A DNA stretch of 37,232 bases, taken from NCBI GenBank assembly GCA_038128265.1, contig JAYPJE010000012.1, forward strand, positions 1 through 37,232, given 5' to 3'. The notes beneath the pieces are model-generated. The model was not told the origin of the DNA. It saw only the letters and a program-made list of their open reading frames with translations, and did no database searches. The translations under genes and the position numbers were made by a program. This DNA is from Gemmatimonadota bacterium. GTDB taxonomy: Bacteria; Latescibacterota; UBA2968; UBA8231. Below, piece after piece: positions 8,860 through 18,376 of the stretch. Position 1 is the stretch's first letter; each line of letters starts with the position of its first letter.

Positions 8860-11388
8860 TCAGCGCCACTCGTGTTTGGGATAGCGGCGCTTGAGCTCTT
8901 TCCTCACTTCGGGATAGGTGTTTTGCCAGAAGCTCTGCACGTCGTCGGTTATCTGCACCGGGCGGAAATTGGGTCCGAGAATCTCCAGCAGCAGCGGTTG
9001 CCTCCCGCCGGCGATGCGCGGCGTCTGCTCTAGGCCGTATAGCTCTTGTATTTTGGCGCGTCCGCGCGGGGGACCGTCGGCCTGATAGTCGATTTTCATG
9101 CGCGGTCCGGCCGGCAGGCGCCAGTGAGTCGGCGCCATGTGCTCGACGAACTGCTGTTCGCCATAGGGCAAGGCATTTTGCACGTGGCCCAGACAAGGGC
9201 GCGTGCGGACGTGGCTATAGCGCGTGGCGCCGGCGACGATTTCGTGGTAGATAACGCGGAGGTCATCGTCATCGTAGGCGATGAGTGCGCGCTCGGGAAA
9301 GAGGCGTTGCACGAGGCGCGTGCGCCAGATCCACTGCTCGACGTCGCGGTCCCATTTGTCTAAGCGAATGCGCTCGGCGACAATTTCCTCGACGAGGATT
9401 TCTTCGGCGCGTGCAGCGGGCACCTTGTCGAGTGCCGTCTGGTAGTACACTAGATCGCCGTAGAGGTGTTGTTCAACGCCTTCGACGGCGTGTTCTCGTG
9501 CGTTCCAGCGAATCTTTTCATCAATGGACACGCGCGCGGAGTGCACTTCTTCAAGCCATGCTGTAGAAATCGCGCTGGCCAGCGACAGGGCTGTGCGCAC
9601 TTGGCTTTCGCCGCGCGCTTCGAGCTCGCGTACTTCGAGGGCGATAAACGCGTTGGCGCTGCGGGCAGCGCTATCGCGATCGAGTTCGACGCGGCGCTGT
9701 CCGCTCATGGCACACAGCAGGTCGTCGCGCCCTCCGCGACGCACGGCGACGCGATCGTAGAAAGCGACGAGCAGGGCCTTGCCCAGCTCGGCACTGCGGC
9801 CGCGCTTGTGCGCCTGTAGGCCGCTGCGCTGTGCAGCATCTCGGTAGAGGCGTGCCGTTTGGCTAGCCTGGCGCGCTGCGTGGGCATTGATGCCGCGCGC
9901 TGCGCAGGCGGCCGGGTCAAAGTGGGCTTCTTCGGCGCGCTGCAGGGCGCGTTCGCGCACTTCGATATCGGACGGTAAGTCGCCGTCCATTTCGCGGTAC
10001 TCGCTGCGCACGGGACGCTGTAAGACGTCGCGCTCGCCGATGAGAGCGGCCCAGATGCACGCGCGCGGCAGGGCATTGCGTTCAGCCGCCCCAACGAGAA
10101 AGCGGCTCAGGCGAGGATGGCAGGGAAGCTGTGCCATAATGCGCCCCGTCGAAGTCAGTGTGCTCTGTGCGCCGAATGCATCGAGATCGTGCAGCAGCGC
10201 GCGCGCGCGCGCAACGGCATCGCCGTCGGGCGCGTCGAGAAAGGGAAAGTCCTCGATGGCGCTGACGCCGAGGGCGGCCAGCTGTAGCAGGGCGTCGGCC
10301 AGATCCAAGCGCCGAATCTCCGGCGCGTCGCGCTCCGGTCGTGCGTGCTGTTCCTCCTGCGACCACAGGCGAGTGCAGGTGCCCGGCGCCGTGCGTCCGG
10401 CACGTCCGGCGCGCTGCTCGGACGCGGCGCGGCTGATGTTTTCTATGAGCAGTGCGTCAATGCCGCGGCGCGGATCGTGTCGATGCACGCGCGCCAGACC
10501 GCTGTCGATGACGTGGCGAATGCCCTCAATGGTAATGGACGTTTCGGCGACGTTGGTCGAGACGATGACGCGGCGCTGTGGACCCGGCTTGAGTGCCGCA
10601 TCCTGCTCGTCTGCGGGCAGCGCCGAGTAGAGTGGATGGAAAGCCAGTCCTTCGCGGCGATCGATCTGCTCCTGCATGCACTGAATGGTGCGGCGTATTT
10701 CATACGCACCAGGCATAAAGACGAGAATGTCGCCTTCGCCTTCGCTCTGCAGCAGCTCGTTGAGCGCATCGGTAGCTGCCTGCCATGGCGCGGTCTGAGG
10801 CCCTGCCGGTCGGTAGCGAATATCGACCGGATAAGCTCGTCCTTCGGCGCCAAGCACCGGGCAGCTGAGCCAGCTGGAGAGGGCACCGGCGTCCAGCGTA
10901 GCTGACATGGGTATGAGCAGCAGATCCGGTCGGCTCGTCTCCTGCAGTTGGCGGACTAGACCCAGGCTCATATCGGCGGCCAAGCTGCGCTCGTGGAATT
11001 CGTCGAGCAGCACGGCGCCGACGCGCCGCAGCTGCGGATCGCTCTGCAGCCGGCGCAGGAAGAGCCCTTCGGTGAGAAAGAGTATGCGCGTTTCGGCACT
11101 GGTCTGCTGATCGTGACGCGTCTGGTAGCCAACGAGGCCACCTAAGGCAACGCCGCGTTCCTCGGCGATGCGGCGTGCCACCAGCCGCGCGGCCAGTCGG
11201 CGCGGCTGCAGCACGATGATTTCACCGTCGATGAGCTGGCTGTCAAACAGGATCTGTGGCACCTGCGTCGTCTTGCCCGAGCCGGTGGGAGCCGTCAACA
11301 CTAGACGATTGTTTGCACGCACGTGCTGGCACAGCGAATCGGCGACGCGGCGCACGGGCAGCGCAGCGTGATCGACGTTGCTATTCAC
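8860..11388 (-). CDS. hrpB: ATP-dependent DExH-box RNA helicase HrpB
   Basis: APTGSGKTT, QPRRLAAR, DEFHERS, MSAT, STNVAETSITI, QRAGRAGR; HrpB C-terminus RPVQIT...FW...Y...RYPKHEW. Confidence 0.95.
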   Translation of the reverse strand: MNSNVDHAALPVRRVADSLCQHVRANNRLVLTAPTGSGKTTQVPQILFDSQLIDGEIIVLQPRRLAARLVARRIAEERGVALGGLVGYQTRHDQQTSAETRILFLTEGLFLRRLQSDPQLRRVGAVLLDEFHERSLAADMSLGLVRQLQETSRPDLLLIPMSATLDAGALSSWLSCPVLGAEGRAYPVDIRYRPAGPQTAPWQAATDALNELLQSEGEGDILVFMPGAYEIRRTIQCMQEQIDRREGLAFHPLYSALPADEQDAALKPGPQRRVIVSTNVAETSITIEGIRHVIDSGLARVHRHDPRRGIDALLIENISRAASEQRAGRAGRTAPGTCTRLWSQEEQHARPERDAPEIRRLDLADALLQLAALGVSAIEDFPFLDAPDGDAVARARALLHDLDAFGAQSTLTSTGRIMAQLPCHPRLSRFLVGAAERNALPRACIWAALIGERDVLQRPVRSEYREMDGDLPSDIEVRERALQRAEEAHFDPAACAARGINAHAARQASQTARLYRDAAQRSGLQAHKRGRSAELGKALLVAFYDRVAVRRGGRDDLLCAMSGQRRVELDRDSAARSANAFIALEVRELEARGESQVRTALSLASAISTAWLEEVHSARVSIDEKIRWNAREHAVEGVEQHLYGDLVYYQTALDKVPAARAEEILVEEIVAERIRLDKWDRDVEQWIWRTRLVQRLFPERALIAYDDDDLRVIYHEIVAGATRYSHVRTRPCLGHVQNALPYGEQQFVEHMAPTHWRLPAGPRMKIDYQADGPPRGRAKIQELYGLEQTPRIAGGRQPLLLEILGPNFRPVQITDDVQSFWQNTYPEVRKELKRRYPKHEWR

Positions 11389-11483
11389 GACCGGTTCTCA
11401 AAACTAGTCCGTTCGGATATTGCAATGCAGTAAAATGATTTGAGCGGGGGTGCCATAGCGCCTCGTCGAGTTGGGCTGAGGAG

Positions 11484-11512
11484 AATGTAGGTATGGCAAA
11501 AGAGCCGGGCAA
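11484..11512 (-). promoter_or_regulatory. Putative sigma70-type promoter for hrpB
   Basis: Minus strand TTGCCC-N17-TACATT. Confidence 0.4.
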
Positions 11513-11516
11513 CGCG

Positions 11517-12152
11517 TTACGCGTTCGATGTATTCAGGGCAAAGAGCAGTCGCAGCGCTAGCGCGGCCAATACGCAGGCAGCCAGCGCGTTGACTGTGCG
11601 CTGTGCGCCCGGCATGCGGCTCAGCCATCCACCGAGCGCGCCGGCCAGCACGGCGATGCCCCCGAATACGAGCAGCGTGGCGGCAATAAAAGTGGCGCCA
11701 AGAGCGGCGATCTGCACGGCTAGTGCGCCGCGTTCAGGATTGGCAAACTGCGGCAAGAAGGCGATAAAAAACAGCGATACTTTGGGGTTGGTCACGTTCA
11801 TGACGACGCCGCGGCGGTAGAGAGCAAAACGGCTGAGGCCGCTGCGTGTGGTTGATAGCGGCTGTGCGACTGCGCGCCATGCGCCCCAGGCTAGGTAGAG
11901 CAGGTACAGCCCGCCGATGGACTGCACGATCTGCAATGCCAGGGGGGCAGCCTGTAGAATCGCTGCCAGTCCTAGGGCCACGGCGCTCGTATGAAGGACG
12001 AGACCGCTGCACAGGCCGAGCGTGACGGCGATGCCGGCCGCGCGTCCATGCTGTGCAGCGTGGGTCAAGACAAAGATGTTGTCCGGACCGGGCGCCAGGG
12101 CGAGGGCAATAGAAGCAGCAAAGAAAGGCCACAGAACATCGGGGGGTATCAT
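11517..12152 (-). CDS. LysE/RhtB family exporter
   Basis: APGPDN, GLYLLYLAW, NVTNPK...FF..FLPQF; about six hydrophobic segments. Confidence 0.92.
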   Translation of the reverse strand: MIPPDVLWPFFAASIALALAPGPDNIFVLTHAAQHGRAAGIAVTLGLCSGLVLHTSAVALGLAAILQAAPLALQIVQSIGGLYLLYLAWGAWRAVAQPLSTTRSGLSRFALYRRGVVMNVTNPKVSLFFIAFLPQFANPERGALAVQIAALGATFIAATLLVFGGIAVLAGALGGWLSRMPGAQRTVNALAACVLAALALRLLFALNTSNA

Positions 12153-12192
12153 GGCGTGCTAACGCCTCTGCGTCTTTCAGCGCAGGATCGCG

Positions 12193-13308
12193 CTATTGCT
12201 TGCCAAGTGTGTCGATGGCACCCTGGCCAATGGTCTCATAGGCCGTATCGCCGTTGGGCGGGTGCATATGGCCGGCGCGTGCATCGCGAAATAGGCGCTC
12301 TAGCGGCAAGCTGCGACTGAGGCCGGCGGCGCCGGCAATGCGGATGCACTGGTCCGTAACGGTATTGGCCACTTCGACGGCAAATTGCTTGGCCGCGGCC
12401 ACGCGCGCCGCCGGTGCGTTCTCGTCGTCGGCTACTTCCAAGAGCAGGGCGCGTGCCGCCATTAGCTGCATATCGACTTCGCCAATGAGCCGCTGAATTT
12501 TGGGTAGCGTGGCAATGCTCTTGCCCAGCGCTTTGGGAACGCGTTCCAGCGCGTAGCGCACGACGGCATCGCGTGCGGCTAGGCCCGCTCCTAAATAGGG
12601 CGTGGCAAAAAGCATGGGCGCCCAGGGCACGAAGCGCTTCGTCGCTTCGTCGCGTGCGGCCAGATTGTCGAGCGGCACGCGGACGTCGCGAAAAAATACA
12701 TCGTGGTTGTCGGTCGCGCGCAGGGACAGTGCGTCGGACCAGGCCTCGACCACTTCGATTCCGCTGCAGCTGCCTTCGATCAGCACATTGGTCGGCTCGT
12801 CGTCGAGCATGGCGCCGACGATCATATGCGTCAGGTGAGCGCCGCCGGTGCTCCAGACTTTGCGGCCGTTGACGATGTAGCAATCTTCTGTGCGGGTGGC
12901 CGTGGTGGTGAATAGGCGGCCGCGCGAGGGACTGCCAATTTCCGGCTCGGAAGCCAGCGAATTGATAAGCATGGTGCCGGCCACGGCTTCTCGGCAGAGG
13001 CGTTCATAGAGGGCATCGGGCCACGGGCGCGTCATGCGTGCGCCGCCCATGACCTGCAGCTGCATGGCGGCAACCAGCGCAGTAGAGCTGCTGCCCTTGG
13101 CGAGCTCGAGCTGCGCCTCGACGCAGGTGCGCAACGGCAGGTCAGGTCCCCCATACTGGCGCGGAATATTCATGGCCAAGTAGCCAGAATCTTTAAGCGC
13201 ACCCACATCCTCTGGCGGCAGCGTGCCCGTGCGGTCGGCTTCTTCGGCGCGGGCGGCAAACTGCTTGGCTAGTGTGCGCGCTAGCGCTATGGCATCGGCG
13301 TGCTGCAT
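12193..13308 (-). CDS. Acyl-CoA dehydrogenase-family flavoprotein (non-canonical C-terminal motif)
   Basis: IPRQYGG, SEP, VNGRKVWST, LERLFRDAR; ATG 13308 has a GGAGA RBS. Confidence 0.87.
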   Translation of the reverse strand: MQHADAIALARTLAKQFAARAEEADRTGTLPPEDVGALKDSGYLAMNIPRQYGGPDLPLRTCVEAQLELAKGSSSTALVAAMQLQVMGGARMTRPWPDALYERLCREAVAGTMLINSLASEPEIGSPSRGRLFTTTATRTEDCYIVNGRKVWSTGGAHLTHMIVGAMLDDEPTNVLIEGSCSGIEVVEAWSDALSLRATDNHDVFFRDVRVPLDNLAARDEATKRFVPWAPMLFATPYLGAGLAARDAVVRYALERVPKALGKSIATLPKIQRLIGEVDMQLMAARALLLEVADDENAPAARVAAAKQFAVEVANTVTDQCIRIAGAAGLSRSLPLERLFRDARAGHMHPPNGDTAYETIGQGAIDTLGKQ

Positions 13309-13341
13309 GCCGTCTCCGGTAGAGTGAAATGGGAATGGAAT

Positions 13342-13370
13342 ACGATAGCCCGGCCGTGCGCTTTCGGCAA
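13342..13370 (-). promoter_or_regulatory. Putative sigma70-type promoter for the ACAD-LysE pair
   Basis: Minus strand TTGCCG-N17-TATCGT, about 33 bp upstream of ATG 13308. Confidence 0.4.
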
Positions 13371-13506
13371 GCGGTTGTGCACAGGTCAGCATATTTACTC
13401 ATGCAGCCGTTTGCGGTGGTCATCGCTTTGCCTTATCAGTTTGGTATATTCCTACGATTCAAGCGCGCTGCACGAGCGCGCAATTATTTACTACTGAGGG
13501 TACCCT

Positions 13507-16362
13507 ATGAAAAATCTGTGTATAGCGGCTGTAGCGGCTGTTCTTTTACAACACTGCGCCACGGCTCCACCTCCACGACCTACGCCTACGCCTCAATACA
13601 GCGGGGCGCTAGCCCAGAAGCTGACCGTTGATTCGCTGGTGACGACGGGTGTGCTCGACAACGGTTTTCGCTACGTCATTCGCCAAAATGCCAAACCGGA
13701 AAACCGCGCCGAACTGCGACTGGTTGTCGATGCGGGTTCGGTGCTGGAAGACGAAGATCAGCAGGGCTTGGCGCACTTTGCAGAGCACATGGCGTTTAAC
13801 GGCACGGAAAACTTTGAGAAGCAGGAACTAGTAGACTACCTCGAGAGCATTGGCATGCGCTTTGGTCCCGACCTGAACGCCTATACGAGCTTTGATGAGA
13901 CGGTATACATGCTGCAAATACCAATGGACAGCACAGCGGTGATAGAGACGGCGTTCCAGATCTTGGAAGATTGGGCGCACAACGTGCGCTTTGAGGGGGA
14001 AGAAATCGAAAAAGAGCGCGGCGTCGTTATTGAAGAATGGCGTTTGGGGCGCGGTGCCGAGCGGCGGATGTTCGATCAACAGGTTCCGGTGCTGCTGCGC
14101 GATTCGCGCTACGCCAAGCGCATCCCCATCGGCCAAAAGGCCGTGCTCGACACGTTTGACCACGCGGCGCTGCGGCGCTTTTACGACACGTGGTATCGCC
14201 CCGATCTGATGGGTTTTGTCGCGGTGGGTGACTTTGAGTCATCCTATATGGAGTCGTTAGCCAAGGTGTATTTCTCGCGCCTGCCGCAGGCGGAAAATGC
14301 GCGCCCACGCGGCCTTTTTCCCGTGCCCGATCACGAGGAGACGCTTTTTGCCATCGCCTCCGATCCCGAAGCAACGCAGAATATTGTCAGCATTTACACC
14401 AAACAAGACGTGCGCGATGGAAGCACGGTGGGCTCTTATCGCCGCTCCATCGTCGAGCGCCTCTATCACAGCATGCTCAACCAGCGCCTCGCCGAGTTAA
14501 CGCGCCTGACGGAGCCGCCCTTTCTCGGCGCTGGGTCTGGTCAGGGACGCTGGCTGCGCACGAAAGAGTTTGTCTCGCTGGGTGCCGCTGTGCAAAACAA
14601 TGGATTTGAGCGCGGTCTCGAAGCGCTGTTGACCGAAGCTGAGCGCGTCCGCCAGCACGGCTTTACCCAGGCCGAGTTAGCTCGCACGAAGAAAGAGATG
14701 CTGCGCGGCATGGAGCAGTCCTACCGCGAGCGCGACAAGCAGCCGTCGCGCAACTTTGCCAGCGAGTACGTGCGGCATCTGCTAATAGATGAGTCGATAC
14801 CGGGGCTGGCGAAGGAGTATGCGCTGTACCAGCAGCACGTGCCAACCATTTCACTGGAAGAGGTCAACGCGCTGGCCAGCGAGTGGAACAGCGGGCGCAA
14901 CCGCGTTATAACGGTTGACGCGCCTGCGAGCGCGGGCGTGCGCGTGCCGACGGAAGCCGAGCTGTTAGCGGTATTTGCGCGCGTTGAGTCCAGCCAAGTT
15001 GAGCCCTACCGCGAAGACGTATCGGATGCACCGCTGGTGGACGATCTGCCGCCGCCGGGACAGATCACCGCGCGCGATTCCATACCCGAGCTGGGCGTGG
15101 CGCTGTGGACGCTCAGCAACGGCGTGCGCGTGCAGCTCAAGGCAACAGATTTTAAAAACGACGAAGTCCTATTTTCGTCGCACAGCCCGGGTGGGCATTC
15201 ACTGGTAGAAGATGCCGACTACGTTGCGGCGGCGACGGCTGCCTCTGTCGTGCGCGAAGGCGGCGTTGGCGCGTTTGACCAAATCGAGTTGGAAAAGAAG
15301 TTGGCCGGCAAAGTGGTGGGCGTTTCGCCGTCGATCGGCACGCTGCAGGAGGGCATTTCGGGATCGGCTTCGCCGGAAGATTTGCAGACGATGTTCGAAT
15401 TGATCTATGCCTATTTCACGGCACCGCGTGCGGATAGCACGGCATTTCAGGCGCTGAAAAAGCGCATTGCAGGGTCGATTCAGAATCGCAATGCGCGTCC
15501 AGAAACGGCTTTTGGAGACACCGTACAGGTGACGATGTCATCATACCATCACAGGGCGCGGCCGTGGTCCATGGAGCTGCTCGACGAGATGGATTTGGAG
15601 AAGTCGATGCAGATCTACCGCGCGCGCTTTGCCGATGCCGGCGATTTTACCTTCACCTTTGTAGGTAACTTTACCGTAGAGCAAATCGAGCCGCTGGTCT
15701 GCGCCTATTTGGCGACGCTGCCCGCTGCTGGGCGCGAGGAGACGTGGCGCGATATTGACATGCATGGTCCCGAAGACGTAGTGGAAAAACTCGTCTATGC
15801 CGGCATCGAGCCCAAGAGCACGTCGCGCATCGTGTTTAGCGGGCCGTTCGAATTTGACGGCTGGGAAAACAACTTTGCGATCGACGCGATGGCCGCCGTG
15901 CTACAGATCAAACTGCGCGAGGTGCTGCGCGAGGATTTGGGAGGCACCTACGGTGTGGGCGTCAGCGCCAGCGTAGAACACTTTCCGCGCGAGGAGTACA
16001 GCGTCAATATTGGTTTTAGCAGCGATCCCGAGCGGACTGACGAGCTTACTCGGGTCGTATTCGAACAAATCGATAGTCTAAAGACGGTGGGAACTACGCA
16101 GGTATACGTCGACAAGGTGAAAGAGATGCGCCGGCGCGCGCGCGAGGTCAATTTAAAGGAAAACGGCTTCTGGCGCGGGGCGCTTCAGGGCTTTGATATC
16201 GATGGTACCGATCCGCTCCAGCTGCTGCGCTACGACGAGCTGGTTGGTGGCCTGACCCCGGATAAGGTGCAGCAGGCGGCGCAGCAGTATTTCAACACTG
16301 AGCGCTACGCGCGCTTTGTGCTCTATCCGCGCAGCTACTACGGCGAATTAGGGGTCGACTGA
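13507..16362 (+). CDS. M16B zinc metallopeptidase (PqqL-like), exported, possibly a lipoprotein
   Basis: Inverted zinc motif HFAEH(MAFNGT), NAYTSFDETVY, KERGVVIEEWR, LREDLGGTY; hydrophobic N-terminus ending in Cys17, then a Pro-rich tether. Confidence 0.93.
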   Translation: MKNLCIAAVAAVLLQHCATAPPPRPTPTPQYSGALAQKLTVDSLVTTGVLDNGFRYVIRQNAKPENRAELRLVVDAGSVLEDEDQQGLAHFAEHMAFNGTENFEKQELVDYLESIGMRFGPDLNAYTSFDETVYMLQIPMDSTAVIETAFQILEDWAHNVRFEGEEIEKERGVVIEEWRLGRGAERRMFDQQVPVLLRDSRYAKRIPIGQKAVLDTFDHAALRRFYDTWYRPDLMGFVAVGDFESSYMESLAKVYFSRLPQAENARPRGLFPVPDHEETLFAIASDPEATQNIVSIYTKQDVRDGSTVGSYRRSIVERLYHSMLNQRLAELTRLTEPPFLGAGSGQGRWLRTKEFVSLGAAVQNNGFERGLEALLTEAERVRQHGFTQAELARTKKEMLRGMEQSYRERDKQPSRNFASEYVRHLLIDESIPGLAKEYALYQQHVPTISLEEVNALASEWNSGRNRVITVDAPASAGVRVPTEAELLAVFARVESSQVEPYREDVSDAPLVDDLPPPGQITARDSIPELGVALWTLSNGVRVQLKATDFKNDEVLFSSHSPGGHSLVEDADYVAAATAASVVREGGVGAFDQIELEKKLAGKVVGVSPSIGTLQEGISGSASPEDLQTMFELIYAYFTAPRADSTAFQALKKRIAGSIQNRNARPETAFGDTVQVTMSSYHHRARPWSMELLDEMDLEKSMQIYRARFADAGDFTFTFVGNFTVEQIEPLVCAYLATLPAAGREETWRDIDMHGPEDVVEKLVYAGIEPKSTSRIVFSGPFEFDGWENNFAIDAMAAVLQIKLREVLREDLGGTYGVGVSASVEHFPREEYSVNIGFSSDPERTDELTRVVFEQIDSLKTVGTTQVYVDKVKEMRRRAREVNLKENGFWRGALQGFDIDGTDPLQLLRYDELVGGLTPDKVQQAAQQYFNTERYARFVLYPRSYYGELGVD

Positions 16363-16823
16363 AATCCGGCGCGCAGCCGGTATGCAGCGTGGCGCGGCAC
16401 CGTGCCGTGGCCGCGCTGCCGGTTGCTGCGCTTGGCCGAGCGGTAGGCATCGATTGTGCTCCAAGCCCAAGAAGCCATGTAGACGGCTCGGGCTATATTG
16501 GCCGTCTTGTCGTCGACAGCGGTTTGCCACGTGCCGATGCTTACCTGGCCAATGCCAAAAAAGAACAGCCCCTTTCCGACATCGCCGTTGTAGACTTGGC
16601 CAAGCCCTTGCACCGATAGCAAGGGCGGCGCAGCGGCTAGTAAAACGGAGATGGCCGGGTCCTTGCGCCCGGACTTGGAGAAGATGGTATCGAGCACATC
16701 GTCGAGAGGATTTTGATGCAGCGGCGCCTCGGCGTGGGCTGCACTGAGTGAGCAGAGCAAAAAGAGCAGGGTCATATGCCAGCAGCGGATGCATCGGCTT
16801 GTGTGTGGTGTGCGGGGCTGCAT
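16338..16823 (-). CDS. Small hypothetical membrane/exported protein
   Basis: Signal-like LLFLLCSLSAAHA; KDPAISVLL...GLGQVYNG..GKG and WSTIDAY motifs, typical of small two-helix membrane proteins; start uncertain; 25-bp convergent overlap with the protease. Confidence 0.65.
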   Translation of the reverse strand: MQPRTPHTSRCIRCWHMTLLFLLCSLSAAHAEAPLHQNPLDDVLDTIFSKSGRKDPAISVLLAAAPPLLSVQGLGQVYNGDVGKGLFFFGIGQVSIGTWQTAVDDKTANIARAVYMASWAWSTIDAYRSAKRSNRQRGHGTVPRHAAYRLRAGFQSTPNSP

Positions 16824-16866
16824 GTGAGAGGGTATGGACAGTAAAAGGTATCTTTAGGGCATCTAC

Positions 16867-16910
16867 GCAGAGCGCCCCACGCCGCAGTCTAACGGTGTGG
16901 GGCGCTCTGC
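16867..16910. terminator. Long hairpin downstream of amtB
   Basis: GCAGAGCGCCCCACGCCG-N8-CGGTGTGGGGCGCTCTGC: 18-bp stem with one imperfect pair, about 22 bp after the amtB stop; no U-tract. Confidence 0.7.
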
Positions 16911-16932
16911 ATAAGAGGCGATTAGAAGCGGC

Positions 16933-18228
16933 TCACATATCGTAGCCGACTTCACCGTGCTCGCCCAAGTCGAGGCCGTTTGTCTCAACTTCTTCGTCAA
17001 CGCGCAGACCGATGGCCGCGTCGATGATCTTGAGCAAGATGAAGGAAATAATCAGCGTATAGACGGCCGTTCCCACTACGGCAATGAGCTGTGCGCTGAG
17101 CTGGCCCATCATATCGAGTCCGTCTTCGGTACCGCCCAGCGCCGACGAGGCAAAAAAGGAGACGAGAATCGTGCCGACCAATCCGCCAAAGCCGTGCACG
17201 CCCACCACATCGAGAGCGTCGTCGTAGCCGGCGGTGCGCTTGAGCCAGGTAGCGGCCCAGTAGGCGACCAGCGAAGAGACGATGCCGATGACAACGGCTC
17301 CCAGAGGGCCGACCCAGCCAGCTGCAGGCGTTATGGCCGCTAGTCCGGCGATTGCGCCGGTGGCAAAGCCGAGGGCGCTGGGTTTGCCGTTTTTGATCCA
17401 CTCTATAAAAATCCAGACCAGTGCCGCAACGCTTGGCGATATCTGCGTCACGACGACGGCCATGGCGGCCTGTCCGTTGGCCGCTAGCGCGCTGCCGCCG
17501 TTAAAGCCAAACCAGCCAACCCACAGCATGGCCGTGCCAATGAGGTTCATGGTCATGTTGTGCGGCGGCATGGGACGTTCGGGATAGCCGCGCCGCTTGC
17601 CCACTAGGATCGCGGCGACCAGTGCCGCCGAACCGGCCGTGATGTGGACGACGATGCCGCCGGCAAAGTCCTTGACGCCCATGGCGCCAAAGTAGCCTCC
17701 CTCGCCCCAGACCATATGCGTAATTGGCAAGTAGACGATGATGCACCACAGACCGCTAAACCACAGTACGGCGGAAAACTTCATGCGTTCGGCAAAGGCG
17801 CCCACGATAAGGCCGGGCGTAATAATGGCGAACGTCAGTTGGAATACGAAAAAGACTAGCTCGGGAATAGTGCCGGAGAGCTGGTCTCCGCTGACGCCGC
17901 TGAGCAGCGCTTTGGAGAGGTCGCCGATAAAGGGGCCGCCGCCAGAGAAAGCGAGGCTGTAGCCAAATACGGTCCAGATTACGGTCACTATGGCTGTGAT
18001 GCCGAAGCAGTGCATGAAAACCGATAGGACATTGCGCGTCTGCACCAAACCGGCATAAAACATGGCCAGACCGGGAATCATCATAAAGAGCACGAGCCCG
18101 GTGGATATGAGTATCCACGCGGTATCGCCCGCGTTGAGACCGTCCTGTGCCAGGGCGCTGCCGGGCAATAGGAAGATCGCAGCGAGGACCGCAATCACTG
18201 CGCTGCCTGACAACTGTTTGAGTAGCAT
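16933..18228 (-). CDS. amtB: Ammonium transporter
   Basis: GLAMFYAG, DFAGGIVVH, WVGWFGFNGGS, AGLAAITP, DDALDVVGVHG (twin His); cleavable-looking signal ending ALA-Q. Confidence 0.97.
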   Translation of the reverse strand: MLLKQLSGSAVIAVLAAIFLLPGSALAQDGLNAGDTAWILISTGLVLFMMIPGLAMFYAGLVQTRNVLSVFMHCFGITAIVTVIWTVFGYSLAFSGGGPFIGDLSKALLSGVSGDQLSGTIPELVFFVFQLTFAIITPGLIVGAFAERMKFSAVLWFSGLWCIIVYLPITHMVWGEGGYFGAMGVKDFAGGIVVHITAGSAALVAAILVGKRRGYPERPMPPHNMTMNLIGTAMLWVGWFGFNGGSALAANGQAAMAVVVTQISPSVAALVWIFIEWIKNGKPSALGFATGAIAGLAAITPAAGWVGPLGAVVIGIVSSLVAYWAATWLKRTAGYDDALDVVGVHGFGGLVGTILVSFFASSALGGTEDGLDMMGQLSAQLIAVVGTAVYTLIISFILLKIIDAAIGLRVDEEVETNGLDLGEHGEVGYDM

Positions 18229-18336
18229 GGGTCGTTCCCTCCCTCAATCATTGAGACCAAAGCACGCGTTGTGCGGTGGGTAGCTTCGCCGGAATACTTT
18301 GCAGAAATACCGCTCTAATACCCACCCATAAATACT

Positions 18337-18371
18337 AAAAAACGACGGCAAACCCAAATAATTTGTCGTCG
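18337..18371 (-). terminator. Rho-independent terminator after the SRPBCC gene
   Basis: Minus strand CGACGACAAA-N9-TTTGCCGTCG (one mismatch) followed by TTTTTT. Confidence 0.6.
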
Positions 18372-18376
18372 CGTGT

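Noticed and set aside
10197..10212. (GC)8 dinucleotide run in hrpB
   Set aside because: It is explained by Ala-Arg codon repeats (ARARA), and the frame is intact.
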